This document shows positions 1-9,413 of a DNA stretch of 64,000 nt, one piece after another (position 1 is the stretch's first letter; each line of letters starts with the position of its first letter). Both the position numbers and the translations under genes were made by a program. The DNA is from Sphingopyxis sp. (GTDB taxonomy: Bacteria; Pseudomonadota; Alphaproteobacteria; Sphingomonadales; Sphingomonadaceae). The DNA is taken from positions 45,662 through 109,661 of the forward strand of contig DASSAA010000004.1 in assembly GCA_035685745.1 (NCBI GenBank), given 5' to 3'. The notes beneath the pieces were generated by a model. The model was given only the letters and a program-made list of their open reading frames with translations, did not search any database and was not told the DNA's origin.

Positions 1-1467
1 GGCGCCAAGGCCCGTGCGATTGCGTGTCAGCAAAGATTTGGTCTCTTCCGTCCAGCGCAGACCCGCCGTGATCCGCACGGTATCGGTCAGGCGATAGTTC
101 CCCTGCCCGAAAAAGGCGAGGCTCTTGTTGGTGACGTCACCATCCGAGATGCCCGGATTAAGCTTGGTCGGCGATGGCAATGTGGTGGTCTGGGTAAATT
201 CATTGCCGGTTTCCTTGGAATAATAACCGCCAAGGATCCAAGAAAAGCGCTCAGCCGGATCGGACAGCAGTTGCACTTCCTGGCTGAACACTTCCGATTT
301 GGTCATGTAACGCGGTTCGAAGAGCACGAATGGCGTGCCATCGAAATCGACCGCACTGTCACGATCAGCCCAACGCTTGGCGGTGATCGATTTTATGCTC
401 AGATAATCACTGATGTCATAAGCGATGGTGCCCGAGACGCCATAGCCCTTATATTTATTGAACTGGTTCGACGATGTCGGCGCATCGTGGAACGCACCAT
501 TGCCGATCAACGCGCTTTCCAGCTGTTCATAGACCTGCTGACGCAGAACGGGATCGGTGTGATCCAGCCCTTGCGATTGCAGGATAGAGTTCAGCACACC
601 TGTTGGAGCTTTAAACGGCGAATCCGCATCCGGATTCAACGGATTGATCCATGCCAGACGGGTGATGATGCCATCGCCATCAATCTTTTGATAATCACCG
701 GAAAGGTTGATTTTCAAACGGTCCGTTGGGGTGAAAGCGACATTCAGGCGGCCTGATTTGGAAACATCGCCGCCGATCCGCTCACCGCGCAGATTTTTGC
801 CATAACCGTTGACGGCCGAATATTGCACCACGCCGCGCACAGCCAGCACATCTTCGATCAACGGCACGTTCAGGGCGCCAGTCGCTTCCATGCGACCATG
901 CTCGCCCAAGATCATGCTAGCAAAGCCGCCGACTTCGCGCATATCTGGCTGACGCGAGGTGATGCTGACGGCACCGCCGGTCGTGTTCTTGCCAAACAAT
1001 GTGCCCTGTGGACCACGCAGCACTTCCACCCGCTCAATATCGACCATGGCCGAACGCAGACCGATCTGGCGTGGCAGATAGACGCCGTCCAGATAAACGC
1101 CAACGGGGCTGTCGAGTGTCATCAACGCATCAGTGGATGATTGACCGCGCATCGAAATCAGCAGCGCCGAAGGGTCGCCGCTAGAAACCTGTGTATAGAA
1201 GCTGGGGGTCGAGGCGGCGATGTCAGTGATATCTTTCACCGAACGCTCCACCATCTGATCGCCGCTTACTGCGGTGATAGCGACCGGCACGTCCTGAACG
1301 CTTTCCGAACGCTTACGTGCGGTGACAACAATATCCTGAATGCCGGAAAATTGCTCGCTGGCGCCGTCCTCGGCTGCCGTAGCGCCCCCTTGCGCCGCAG
1401 CGGGCATGGCAATAGCCATTCCTGCAATGGCGATACCCGCCCGCAGGGTCATTTTCATTGTCTTCAT
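1..1467 (-). CDS. TonB-dependent outer-membrane receptor (N-terminal 489 codons; 3' end lies outside the window)
   Basis: Absent from the ORF track because it runs off the left edge. My translation from ATG 1467 gives MKTMKMTLRAGIAIAGMAIAMPAAAQ (signal peptide), then plug-domain motifs DIVVTARKRSESVQDVPVAITAV and VEVLRGPQGTLFGKNTTGGAV. GGAGG lies about 8 nt upstream of the ATG. Confidence 0.85.
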   Translation of the reverse strand, partial: MKTMKMTLRAGIAIAGMAIAMPAAAQGGATAAEDGASEQFSGIQDIVVTARKRSESVQDVPVAITAVSGDQMVERSVKDITDIAASTPSFYTQVSSGDPSALLISMRGQSSTDALMTLDSPVGVYLDGVYLPRQIGLRSAMVDIERVEVLRGPQGTLFGKNTTGGAVSITSRQPDMREVGGFASMILGEHGRMEATGALNVPLIEDVLAVRGVVQYSAVNGYGKNLRGERIGGDVSKSGRLNVAFTPTDRLKINLSGDYQKIDGDGIITRLAWINPLNPDADSPFKAPTGVLNSILQSQGLDHTDPVLRQQVYEQLESALIGNGAFHDAPTSSNQFNKYKGYGVSGTIAYDISDYLSIKSITAKRWADRDSAVDFDGTPFVLFEPRYMTKSEVFSQEVQLLSDPAERFSWILGGYYSKETGNEFTQTTTLPSPTKLNPGISDGDVTNKSLAFFGQGNYRLTDTVRITAGLRWTEETKSLLTRNRTGLGA

Positions 1468-1550
1468 CTTGGTAACCTCCCATGGTTATACAGCGCCTAT
1501 AAATAGACGACATAATTAAAGAATTATTTGTTAAATCAGTGCTTTAATGC

Positions 1551-2807
1551 TTATTCCGAAGCATCTTTCCAGTCTGGGTAACGGCCCAGAAATATAATGA
1601 AAGGCACGGCCACCAGCAGCACCGACGCCACCATCACAAAATAGGGGGCGTAGCTGCCCGAACTGTCGTAAATATATCCGGCAACAACAGGTCCTAGGCC
1701 AAAGCCGATGGAATAAAATCCAAAGCCGATGCCATAGAGAAAACCGTAATTTTTCTGTCCGAAATAGATGCTGATCAAATAGGCAATGCCTTCCAGTTCA
1801 GCGCCCAGCGCACATCCAGCGAGCGCCCCTGCCGCGACCAGCCAAGCCATATCGCCATTGGCAAAGTAAAAGATGGTCGCGGCCAGCGCTGGCAAGATGA
1901 ACGCCGCCCCGGCCACAAAGGGCGCGTGCAGGCGATCCAGCAACACGCCTGTCGCCACCCGTCCGGCAAAAGCGAAGGGACCGAAAGCCAGTGCAAAAAC
2001 CGTCGCCGCTTCAGCTGGCGTCGCCCCCACATCACGAACCATCGACGGCAAATGCACCATCAAACCGCCAAGCGACATGGACACGAAAAATCCCGGGATT
2101 AGAATTTGCCACAAGCGCCGATCGCGCAATGCATCGCGCACTTCCGCGCCATGGCCCATCACTTTTGGGATCGCAGCCTGCACGACCTCGCCCGCCTGCT
2201 GGGCCTGACGGCGCAGCAGGTCGCGTTGATCATAAAGGAAGATCAGCGCCAGCGGCAACACAACGCATAGCGCCGAGACAGCCAGCACCGGATAAACCGC
2301 ACGCCAGCCCATCGAGGCCATCGTGACCGAGGCCGCAAAGGTAAACACGATATTGGCAATGGGTAGCCCCGTCATCGTGACGGCAAGGGCAAGGCCGCGC
2401 TGCTTAGAAAAGCGCCCAGCAACCGCTTTCGTCCAAACCACCAAACTGGCCAGCGGCGCGGCAATCGCCACAAATGTCCACGCCAGATACCATGTCCAAA
2501 TCTGCGATGTTGTTAGCGACACTGTTGCCAGTGCAATCGCTTTCAACAACAGCCCGACAATCGCAACGCGCCGGGTTCCGACCCGATCGAGCAGCGCCCC
2601 GACCAAAGGGCTCAGCAGCAAAGCCCCTAGGGTCGTGATCGTAAAGCTGACAGAAATGGCCGCTCGCGACCATCCCAGCTCCGCCGAAAGAGACGGAATA
2701 ATCAGGCTCAGTGCCACTGTCTGGATCGACGATGTCGCAGCACCAGCGACGCCGACAAGCACGACCGGCCAGCCGGATTTCCATTCGGCCAAGTTAGAGC
2801 TTTGCAT
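1551..2807 (-). CDS. MFS transporter
   Basis: ORF 1551..2810, about 12 hydrophobic segments, MFS-like loop LLDRVGTRRVAIVG. The first ATG is at 2807 (2810 is TTG). Confidence 0.85.
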   Translation of the reverse strand: MQSSNLAEWKSGWPVVLVGVAGAATSSIQTVALSLIIPSLSAELGWSRAAISVSFTITTLGALLLSPLVGALLDRVGTRRVAIVGLLLKAIALATVSLTTSQIWTWYLAWTFVAIAAPLASLVVWTKAVAGRFSKQRGLALAVTMTGLPIANIVFTFAASVTMASMGWRAVYPVLAVSALCVVLPLALIFLYDQRDLLRRQAQQAGEVVQAAIPKVMGHGAEVRDALRDRRLWQILIPGFFVSMSLGGLMVHLPSMVRDVGATPAEAATVFALAFGPFAFAGRVATGVLLDRLHAPFVAGAAFILPALAATIFYFANGDMAWLVAAGALAGCALGAELEGIAYLISIYFGQKNYGFLYGIGFGFYSIGFGLGPVVAGYIYDSSGSYAPYFVMVASVLLVAVPFIIFLGRYPDWKDASE

Positions 2808-2849
2808 CAATTTATTCCGTCTCTGGGGTGCGAGAGCCGACTGACGCCG

Positions 2850-3227
2850 TCAGGCGTCAGCGTTATCAAGCTCGGCATAGATTTCGTTCGCGGCCCGAAA
2901 GGCCCCAAGCGCAGCAGGAATGCCGCAATAGACAGCGCTGTGCAGGATCAATTCCTTGATCACATCACGCTCCACACCATTGACGAGCGCAAAACGCAGA
3001 TGCAGTTTAAACTCATCCAAATGCCCGCCAGCCAGCGTCATCGACAGCGTTAACATCCGGCGCATATCAATATCCAGGCCCGGACGGCTCCACACATCGC
3101 CAAAAGCATAGCGAATGATCAGATCGTAAAGATCCTCATCAAGGCCCCCGGGGCGCGTGACAGGACCCGCGATACGCTTGCGCATCGCCATGCCGCGTTC
3201 AAATGCAGCGTCTTCGGTCTTTGGCAT
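2850..3227 (-). CDS. Carboxymuconolactone decarboxylase (AhpD-like) family protein
   Basis: The C-terminal 125 aa of ORF 2850..3365 match the CMD family (FGDVWSRPGLD..R.MLTLSMT, HSAVYCGIPAA). The long N-terminal extension overlaps the upstream gene, so the start is probably M47 (ATG 3227) or M41 (ATG 3245). Confidence 0.75.
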   Translation of the reverse strand: MPKTEDAAFERGMAMRKRIAGPVTRPGGLDEDLYDLIIRYAFGDVWSRPGLDIDMRRMLTLSMTLAGGHLDEFKLHLRFALVNGVERDVIKELILHSAVYCGIPAALGAFRAANEIYAELDNADA

Positions 3228-3279
3228 AGTAAATTTCCCAAGCATCCGGAGGCCCTTAGCCTCCGGATATGGCCCCTGA

Positions 3280-4197
3280 TCAGTCGCGGAAATGGTCCGG
3301 CATATCGCCGCCCCACTGCATCCCAACCGCTGGGCTGCGCTGATGATATCCAGTGGGATATTCATCGTTTAGCAGATCACTGTCCGTCACATGCTCAACG
3401 CGGAAATCGGACGGATCATACCAATAATCGGAAAGCGCGCCGCCAACGGCGTGACGCAGAACGCCCCATGCCGGGCGATAGCCTTTGTCCAACAGATGCT
3501 GATGGCCGATATGAACGGCATCGACGTCAATGGTTTCAAAGCAGCTATGCTGCACCGTATTGGCCGGACCATGGAACACCGCGACACTATGGTGATCGAC
3601 ATATTCCGAACCGCGTGGGAAGCGAATAAACGCACCACTGCGCACTTCGCCAGCCAGAATTTCATCGGAAATAAAGGCGCCCAGATTATCGACATACCAA
3701 TCCATCAAACGCCCCGGATTGGGCGTGTTCTGAACGACATGGGCCAAACGCAGCACCGGCGATGGCCCGCGTTCAAAAATAGGGAAACGGCCGCGACGCT
3801 GCACCAGATTGCCAGTATTTAGCGGCACCGCTTCGCGTGGCAGGGGAATTGGATCGAGTTGCTGAATGCCATAAACCAGCTCGATATCATTGCCATCGGC
3901 ATCGCGAACATTGATCTGCTTGCCGCCCCATGGGGTGGCACCGTCCAGAATCGGGGCATCAAAGCGCTTGGCCAGCGCCTCCAGCGCCTCTTCGCTTTCA
4001 ACTTCATATCCGATGCTAGCAAAGCTGCGCGGACCGCGTTCCGCGACATAAATAAAGGGACGGCTTTCATACCCCCGAAAATAGACTCGCTTTTCGTCCT
4101 CGTGGGAAACGAACATGCCAAAATCACCGAAGAAGCGCTTAATCTCCTCCATGTCGCCTTCGTGGCGGAATATCACATGGTTGATCGTGCGAATCAT
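3280..4197 (-). CDS. Two-domain VOC / type I extradiol ring-cleavage dioxygenase-like protein
   Basis: ORF 3280..4509. The recognisable protein starts at MIRTINHVIF. HHSVAVF and HAVGGALSDYWYDPSDFRVEH resemble extradiol dioxygenase metal-site motifs. GGAG sits 6 nt before ATG 4197. The upstream 100 aa of the ORF look like non-coding read-through. Confidence 0.65.
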   Translation of the reverse strand: MIRTINHVIFRHEGDMEEIKRFFGDFGMFVSHEDEKRVYFRGYESRPFIYVAERGPRSFASIGYEVESEEALEALAKRFDAPILDGATPWGGKQINVRDADGNDIELVYGIQQLDPIPLPREAVPLNTGNLVQRRGRFPIFERGPSPVLRLAHVVQNTPNPGRLMDWYVDNLGAFISDEILAGEVRSGAFIRFPRGSEYVDHHSVAVFHGPANTVQHSCFETIDVDAVHIGHQHLLDKGYRPAWGVLRHAVGGALSDYWYDPSDFRVEHVTDSDLLNDEYPTGYHQRSPAVGMQWGGDMPDHFRD

Positions 4198-4221
4198 CTC
4201 ACTCTCCATCAATTGTTCATT

Positions 4222-4239
4222 TGAGCAATCGATAGCACA
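4222..4239. promoter_or_regulatory. Candidate LacI-family operator (imperfect 18-bp palindrome TGAGCAATCGATAGCACA, central CG)
   Basis: Half-sites TGAGCAATC / TGTGCTATC match 7 of 9. It lies 13-25 nt upstream of the dioxygenase start, in the 214-bp divergent region shared with the LacI gene. Confidence 0.35.
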
Positions 4240-4411
4240 AACATGCTTATGCGCAACTACCGGATGATAGCAGCTGGTTGCACCTGCCCTGCCCATGTGC
4301 CTATGATGGACAACGCAAAAATGCGGGACGATGAAATGATGCTCCGGCTTCCAGTAAAAGGCCGGACCAGGCTTCATTTTTTCGCCACGGGAGGATGAGA
4401 ATAGGTCGCGC

Positions 4412-5425
4412 ATGGTTACCACTAAAGATATTGCAATAAAGCTTGGTTTTTCAGTGTCTACTATCGGAAGAGCGTTGTCGGGAGACCCCCGGATCAGCGA
4501 GAAAACCAAACTGGCCGTGCGCGCTGCTGCCGAGGAACTCGGCTATGTTGGCAATATGGCTGCTCGCATGATGCGCGGCGGTTCCAGCAACCTTATCGGC
4601 CTGATCTTGCCGGATATTCAAAATGATTTTTTCGCTTCTATCGCACAAGCCTTGTCGCAAAGTTGCGACCGTCAGGGCTATCGAATTGTGCTATCGATAA
4701 CCGGCGACGACCCAGAAACCGAAATGCGCCACATTCACGACTTTGTCGGTGCGCGCGTTGCCGGCATTATTTTGGTTCCCAGCGCCGACATGAAAAGAGA
4801 GAGTATCGCGCTGCTGCGGCAAGTGCAGCATGTGCAGTTGCTACGCTATGCATCGGGGCCGGATGATCTTTGGTTTGGCATTGATGATGGCGACGCCATG
4901 GAACGGGCGACAAACCATTTGTTGGATCTGGGCCATCGCCGCATTGCCTATGTCGCTGCGTCAGACCGCCTATCGACGGGCCGGCGGCGTTTGCGGGGTG
5001 TGCAGGAAGCCTATCGCAAGCGCGACCTGCCCCTTTCCGATCTGTCCGTGTTTCTCGATACGCCCACTGCCACGTGGGGCGAACGCGCCATTAACGAAAT
5101 GCTATCCATTGCCGATCACCCAACCGCCATCCTTTCAGGATCGGCGCATGTCACCATGGGCATGATTGCGTCGTTGCGACGGGCCAAGGTGGATATTCCG
5201 GGTCAAATGTCCGTGATCGGCTTTGGCGATCCCAATTGGTGCGAATGGTGGCAACCTCCGATCACCGTCATTCGCCCGCCGATCCAATCCCTCGCTACCA
5301 GCTGCGCCCTTTGGTTTATGGATCGGCTGCGAACGCCAGAAGACAGGCTGGTTTCCTCTTATCACGCGACCAGTTCTTCAGAACTGGTGCTGCGCGATTC
5401 CACGGGGCGCCCAGCCAGAAGTTAA
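4412..5425 (+). CDS. LacI family transcriptional regulator
   Basis: N-terminal HTH MVTTKDIAIKLGFSVSTIGRALSG, followed by a periplasmic-binding-protein-like sugar-binding fold. 337 aa. Confidence 0.9.
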   Translation: MVTTKDIAIKLGFSVSTIGRALSGDPRISEKTKLAVRAAAEELGYVGNMAARMMRGGSSNLIGLILPDIQNDFFASIAQALSQSCDRQGYRIVLSITGDDPETEMRHIHDFVGARVAGIILVPSADMKRESIALLRQVQHVQLLRYASGPDDLWFGIDDGDAMERATNHLLDLGHRRIAYVAASDRLSTGRRRLRGVQEAYRKRDLPLSDLSVFLDTPTATWGERAINEMLSIADHPTAILSGSAHVTMGMIASLRRAKVDIPGQMSVIGFGDPNWCEWWQPPITVIRPPIQSLATSCALWFMDRLRTPEDRLVSSYHATSSSELVLRDSTGRPARS

Positions 5426-5483
5426 GCGCCATAGATGAAGCAAGCGGCGACAAAAGGCGGAAAACTATTTTCCGCCCGATCAC

Positions 5484-6077
5484 TCAGGCCAGCCGGTTAA
5501 ACCGTTCAAAATCGGGGCGCGGGCTGCGATCAAAAATGCTGGCTGGGTCGCCATAGCCAAGGGTCGCGATAAAATTGCTCTTCACGCTCGGCTGATCGGC
5601 GAAAAAATGCCGATCAACAGCGTCATGATCAAAACCAGACATTGGGCCTGTATCTAGCCCAAGTGCCCGTGCCGCCAACAGAAAATACCCGCCTTGCAGG
5701 CTGGAATTGCGAAAAGCGGTGGTGCGGACCAATTCTTCCTTGCCCACAAACCAGCTGCGCGCATCGGCATGTGGCAACAATTCAGGCAGATGCTCGTAAA
5801 ATTCATGGTCCATACCGATAATCGCGGTCACGGGTGCACTGTGAATTTTTGCGACATTCCCCGGTGCCACCATTGCAGCCAGTTGCCCCTTCGCCTCTTC
5901 GGATACGCACCAGATGATCCGCGCTGGCAGGCTGTTGGCACTGGTGGGACCATATTTCATCAGATCCCAAATGCCGCGAAGCTGCGCTTCCGATACCGGC
6001 TTATCCAGATAGCCATTATAAGACCGCGCGCTGCGGAACAATTGATCCAGACTTTGGTCCGCAACAGGTTGCTTCAT
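5484..6077 (-). CDS. Nitroreductase family protein (RutE-like malonic semialdehyde reductase type)
   Basis: 197 aa. LFRSARSYNGYLDKPVSEAQL, GPTSANSLPARI and the C-terminal SPRPDFERF are typical of the RutE/YdjA-like nitroreductase subfamily. Confidence 0.75.
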   Translation of the reverse strand: MKQPVADQSLDQLFRSARSYNGYLDKPVSEAQLRGIWDLMKYGPTSANSLPARIIWCVSEEAKGQLAAMVAPGNVAKIHSAPVTAIIGMDHEFYEHLPELLPHADARSWFVGKEELVRTTAFRNSSLQGGYFLLAARALGLDTGPMSGFDHDAVDRHFFADQPSVKSNFIATLGYGDPASIFDRSPRPDFERFNRLA

Positions 6078-6257
6078 GGATTAATCACCTAATTATGTTA
6101 AATGGCGCCAAGGCGATAAGGCCAAGTCCGCAAGATGACGCGTCCTTAGCATCAAAAGCGACCTCACGAAAAGCCGATACCGAACAAAGGCATCAACATC
6201 CCGCGCTGCATCCATCAACGCAGCAGCATCTTCCTATCTCGTCGCGACATGGGAAGA

Positions 6258-6950
6258 TCAGCTATCCAGAAATTCAGCCAGCATTGGAATGACGATTTCG
6301 GGAGCCTCGATGGTTGGCAAATGCCCTGCCCCCGGCACTGTCGCCAGACGCGATCCTGAAATTTCCGCTGCAATTTCATCATGATGAGCACGACTGGTGA
6401 TGCCATCTTGCTCGCCCCAAATCAGCAGCGTGGGAATGGAGATTTCATGCAGACGCGGGCGACTATCGATACGGGCCATGATCGCCCGCTGCTGCGCCAG
6501 AAATGTTTCGGCGCCCGTATCCGCTGCCATCTGCCGTGCAATCGTGAGCAAACGCTCATCATCGCGACGCTCTTCCGGGAATAAAATGGGGATGCGCTCT
6601 TCCACCACCCGATCAAAATGGCCACTTTCGACCAGATCAATATAGCCTTGACGTCGCGCCGTCTGCGCTGGACCGTCAGCGGATGCCAGCGTCGAAATCA
6701 GCGCCAGCTTGGCGACCCGCTCTGGTGCCCGGCGCAGCACATCAAAGGCCACAAAGCCGCCCATCGCATGGCCCACCAAAGCAAATTTTGGCGGCGCTGC
6801 ATCCAGCAAGCGCTGCGCAAAATCTTCCATACGGTCATCGCTTTGATTGTCCGCGATGATGATATCGCGATCAGGCCAGGCGTCCAGCAGTGGCTGCCAG
6901 ACGGCATCGGTCAACAATTGGCCCGTCATCAAAACAATGGGAAGAGTCAT
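6258..6950 (-). CDS. Alpha/beta hydrolase
   Basis: 230 aa. Nucleophile elbow GHAMGG, with a C-terminal GAGHLP motif carrying the His. Confidence 0.8.
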   Translation of the reverse strand: MTLPIVLMTGQLLTDAVWQPLLDAWPDRDIIIADNQSDDRMEDFAQRLLDAAPPKFALVGHAMGGFVAFDVLRRAPERVAKLALISTLASADGPAQTARRQGYIDLVESGHFDRVVEERIPILFPEERRDDERLLTIARQMAADTGAETFLAQQRAIMARIDSRPRLHEISIPTLLIWGEQDGITSRAHHDEIAAEISGSRLATVPGAGHLPTIEAPEIVIPMLAEFLDS

Positions 6951-7092
6951 GAAAACACCTAAGAAAAGGGCGGCTTGCCAATGGCTTGCCTGATAAAATC
7001 ATTTCAATATCGCAAATATACGTCCGTCCACGCCCGGCTCCGGACTGCCCCATAGTGGTGCGGGCCGAAACGGAGCTGAGCGTGGAAAAACA

Positions 7093-8391
7093 TCATGCGT
7101 AGGCGGACGCAATCGTCGTCGTGAAGGCCGAGAAGCCAGCGAATTCCGCATCGGCGCCCATCAGCTCTTCAATGCGCAGCATCTCATTCCATTTCGCCAT
7201 GCGCTCCGACCGGGTAAAGCTGCCCACTTTAAGCTGACCGGCATCCCAGCCGGTGGACAGATGCGAGATCGTGACATCTTCGCTTTCGCCTGAGCGCGCC
7301 GAAACAATGGCGCCCCAACCACGAGTGACCGCAGCATCAAGCGCAGCCTTCGCTTCGGTCACGGTGCCCACTTGGTTCACCTTGATCAGCGCCGCATTGC
7401 AAACAGCCGCTTCGGCTGCCCGTTCAACGCGCCGCGCGTCCGTCACCAACACGTCATCGCCGATGATCTGCACCCGATCCCCGATTGCAGCGGTTACCGC
7501 AGCCATGGTCGCCCAATCATCCTGACCAGCGGGATCTTCGATCGAAAGGATCGGATAACGCTTGGCCCATTCGATGATGCGCGCGCCCATTTCTTCGCCA
7601 GAAAGGCGGCGATCATCCAACGCCAGACGATAGCCATCGGCATCGCCCAATTCATTGGCCGCAATATCCAGCGAGATGAACACATCTTCGCCTGCACGGT
7701 GGCCGCTGGCTTCAATCGCCTTGGTCAGCGTATCCAGCGCATCTTCGTTGGACGAGAAATTGGGCCACCAGCCGCCTTCATCGGCCACGCCGGTCAGCGG
7801 GCCTTTGGCTTCCATCAAAGTGCCTGCAGCGCGATAGACTTCCTCGGTGATTTCCAAAGCGCGGCGGAAGCTGCCAGCGCGGGGGCACATGACCATGAAA
7901 TCCTGCACATCGGTGCGGCGGCCAGCATGAGCCCCGCCACCAAAAATCTGAATTTCTGGCAGAGGAATACGGACTTTTTGGTCTTGCGCCAAATAACGCC
8001 ACAGCGGCTGGCCCGCTTCGGCAGCGGCAGCGTGGAGCACCGCCATCGACACAGCAACCACGGCATTTCCGCCCAACCGCGCCTTATTGTCCGTGCCATC
8101 CAACTCGCAGAGGATTTTATCGACAGCGGCCTGATCGCGTGCATCCACGCCCACCAATGCTCCGTTGATTTCAGCGCCGATGCCAGCAACAGCGGCGTTG
8201 ACACCAAAGCCACCAAATTCAGCCCCACCATCACGCAGATCAATGGCTTCATGCGCACCGCGCGATGCCCCAGCCGGCGCAATAGCCCGGCCAATAGCAC
8301 CGGATTCCAAGGTCACTTCGGCCTCAACAGTGGGCCGCCCCCGTGAATCCCAAAGCTGGCGACCAGAAACGGCGGCGATACGCGAAGTCAT
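7093..8391 (-). CDS. Divergent enolase-family protein (enolase paralogue)
   Basis: Enolase motifs DSRGRPTVEAEV, ADEGGW, SLDIAANE, LSIEDP, IIGDDV, LIKVNQVG, RSGESED and QLKVGSFTRSERMAKWNEMLRIEE. Start chosen at MTSRIAAV (ATG 8391), which overlaps the upstream kinase stop as ATGA. Confidence 0.85.
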   Translation of the reverse strand: MTSRIAAVSGRQLWDSRGRPTVEAEVTLESGAIGRAIAPAGASRGAHEAIDLRDGGAEFGGFGVNAAVAGIGAEINGALVGVDARDQAAVDKILCELDGTDNKARLGGNAVVAVSMAVLHAAAAEAGQPLWRYLAQDQKVRIPLPEIQIFGGGAHAGRRTDVQDFMVMCPRAGSFRRALEITEEVYRAAGTLMEAKGPLTGVADEGGWWPNFSSNEDALDTLTKAIEASGHRAGEDVFISLDIAANELGDADGYRLALDDRRLSGEEMGARIIEWAKRYPILSIEDPAGQDDWATMAAVTAAIGDRVQIIGDDVLVTDARRVERAAEAAVCNAALIKVNQVGTVTEAKAALDAAVTRGWGAIVSARSGESEDVTISHLSTGWDAGQLKVGSFTRSERMAKWNEMLRIEELMGADAEFAGFSAFTTTIASAYA

Positions 8392-9413
8392 GCAATAATC
8401 CTTTTCCATGAAGCAACAAGGGTGTCGATCGAAGCTGGCGCCAATAACAGCGCACGGGCCTGATCGCGCACAATGCGCTTATGTTCATCATTGGTAAGAT
8501 AGGGCGCGGGGGACTTCCCCTCCACCCGTGCCAGCAGCAAGGCTGCTGTCAATTTTCCGGCCCGCTCCAGCAGGTCCGCAGAGGCTTCCCAGTCCACGCT
8601 GGGCACATAGGCGGCGACCAGCGCGGCCGCCGATTCCGATAGCCGGGCATCGTTCAGCCACACCGCTTTCAACAGCAAATGGGTGATGCAAAAAGCAAGG
8701 TCGAAGGCGGGATCGCCATAGACGGCGCATTCCGCATCCAGAAATACTGGGCCATCAGCGCTGACGAGAATGTTTTTCGGGCTAACGTCGCCATGAACCA
8801 GCGCCGTTTTCCGCGACGATAAATCCTCGGCTAGCGCCAACAGGATTGGCGATAATTCGCTATCCTTTTCTGCTACATAGAGCAGGAATGGATCCACCCG
8901 CAGAGCGCGAAACATGTCATCATTTGGAAAGGCTTCCCGGTCGGCATCGCTGTTAGCAGTCGCAGCATGCACCGCGCCCATGGATCGGCCAACAGCTGCG
9001 GCAAAATCCACATCCACCCGGCCTTCGGTCAGCTCATCCTTCCACACCGGGCATCCGGGCAGAAAACGCATCGCAAAGGCATGATCATCAGGCAATTGGG
9101 CCAAAACCTCTGGCGCGATACGGGCATCGACCCCGCGCGCGCGCCGAAGCCAGCGAACCTCGGCCTCGCCCCGTTCCACAGGCGCCAACCATTCAGCGGC
9201 GACACGCAGCTGAGCCAAGGGCCGCTTGACAACAATCGGCCCGCCGGGTGTTTCTACCTTCCAAACGTCGCACGAGACGCCGCCGGTCAGCGGTTCAAGG
9301 GTGACATCACCCTCGCCCACCAGACCGGCGTTGCGCAATCCCTCGACGATCACAGCATCCCCTGCCACGTCAAAGCTTCTCGCGGATCCATGCGCCGACC
9401 AGATCGGCTGCAT
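8388..9413 (-). CDS. APH / choline-kinase-fold phosphotransferase (small-molecule kinase)
   Basis: Catalytic loop HGDVSPKNIL and metal-binding DAECAVYGDPAFDLAF. The start is ambiguous: ATG 9413 overlaps the upstream gene by 44 nt, and GTG 9368 lies 1 nt after its stop. Confidence 0.8.
   Translation of the reverse strand: MQPIWSAHGSARSFDVAGDAVIVEGLRNAGLVGEGDVTLEPLTGGVSCDVWKVETPGGPIVVKRPLAQLRVAAEWLAPVERGEAEVRWLRRARGVDARIAPEVLAQLPDDHAFAMRFLPGCPVWKDELTEGRVDVDFAAAVGRSMGAVHAATANSDADREAFPNDDMFRALRVDPFLLYVAEKDSELSPILLALAEDLSSRKTALVHGDVSPKNILVSADGPVFLDAECAVYGDPAFDLAFCITHLLLKAVWLNDARLSESAAALVAAYVPSVDWEASADLLERAGKLTAALLLARVEGKSPAPYLTNDEHKRIVRDQARALLLAPASIDTLVASWKRIIA

Noticed and set aside
3245-3267. 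A 9-bp GC hairpin, TCCGGAGGC-CCTTA-GCCTCCGGA, between the dioxygenase and CMD genes, as a possible regulatory element.
   Set aside because: It is a short intercistronic hairpin within an operon. It can be explained as mRNA-stabilising or RBS-masking structure, and nothing distinctive supports more than that.
7372-8346. A 324-aa plus-strand ORF opposite the enolase gene. The same applies to 10716-11723 opposite the ligase and 14862-16094 opposite leuC.
   Set aside because: These are antisense shadows of genes with clear family motifs, and they have no recognisable domains.
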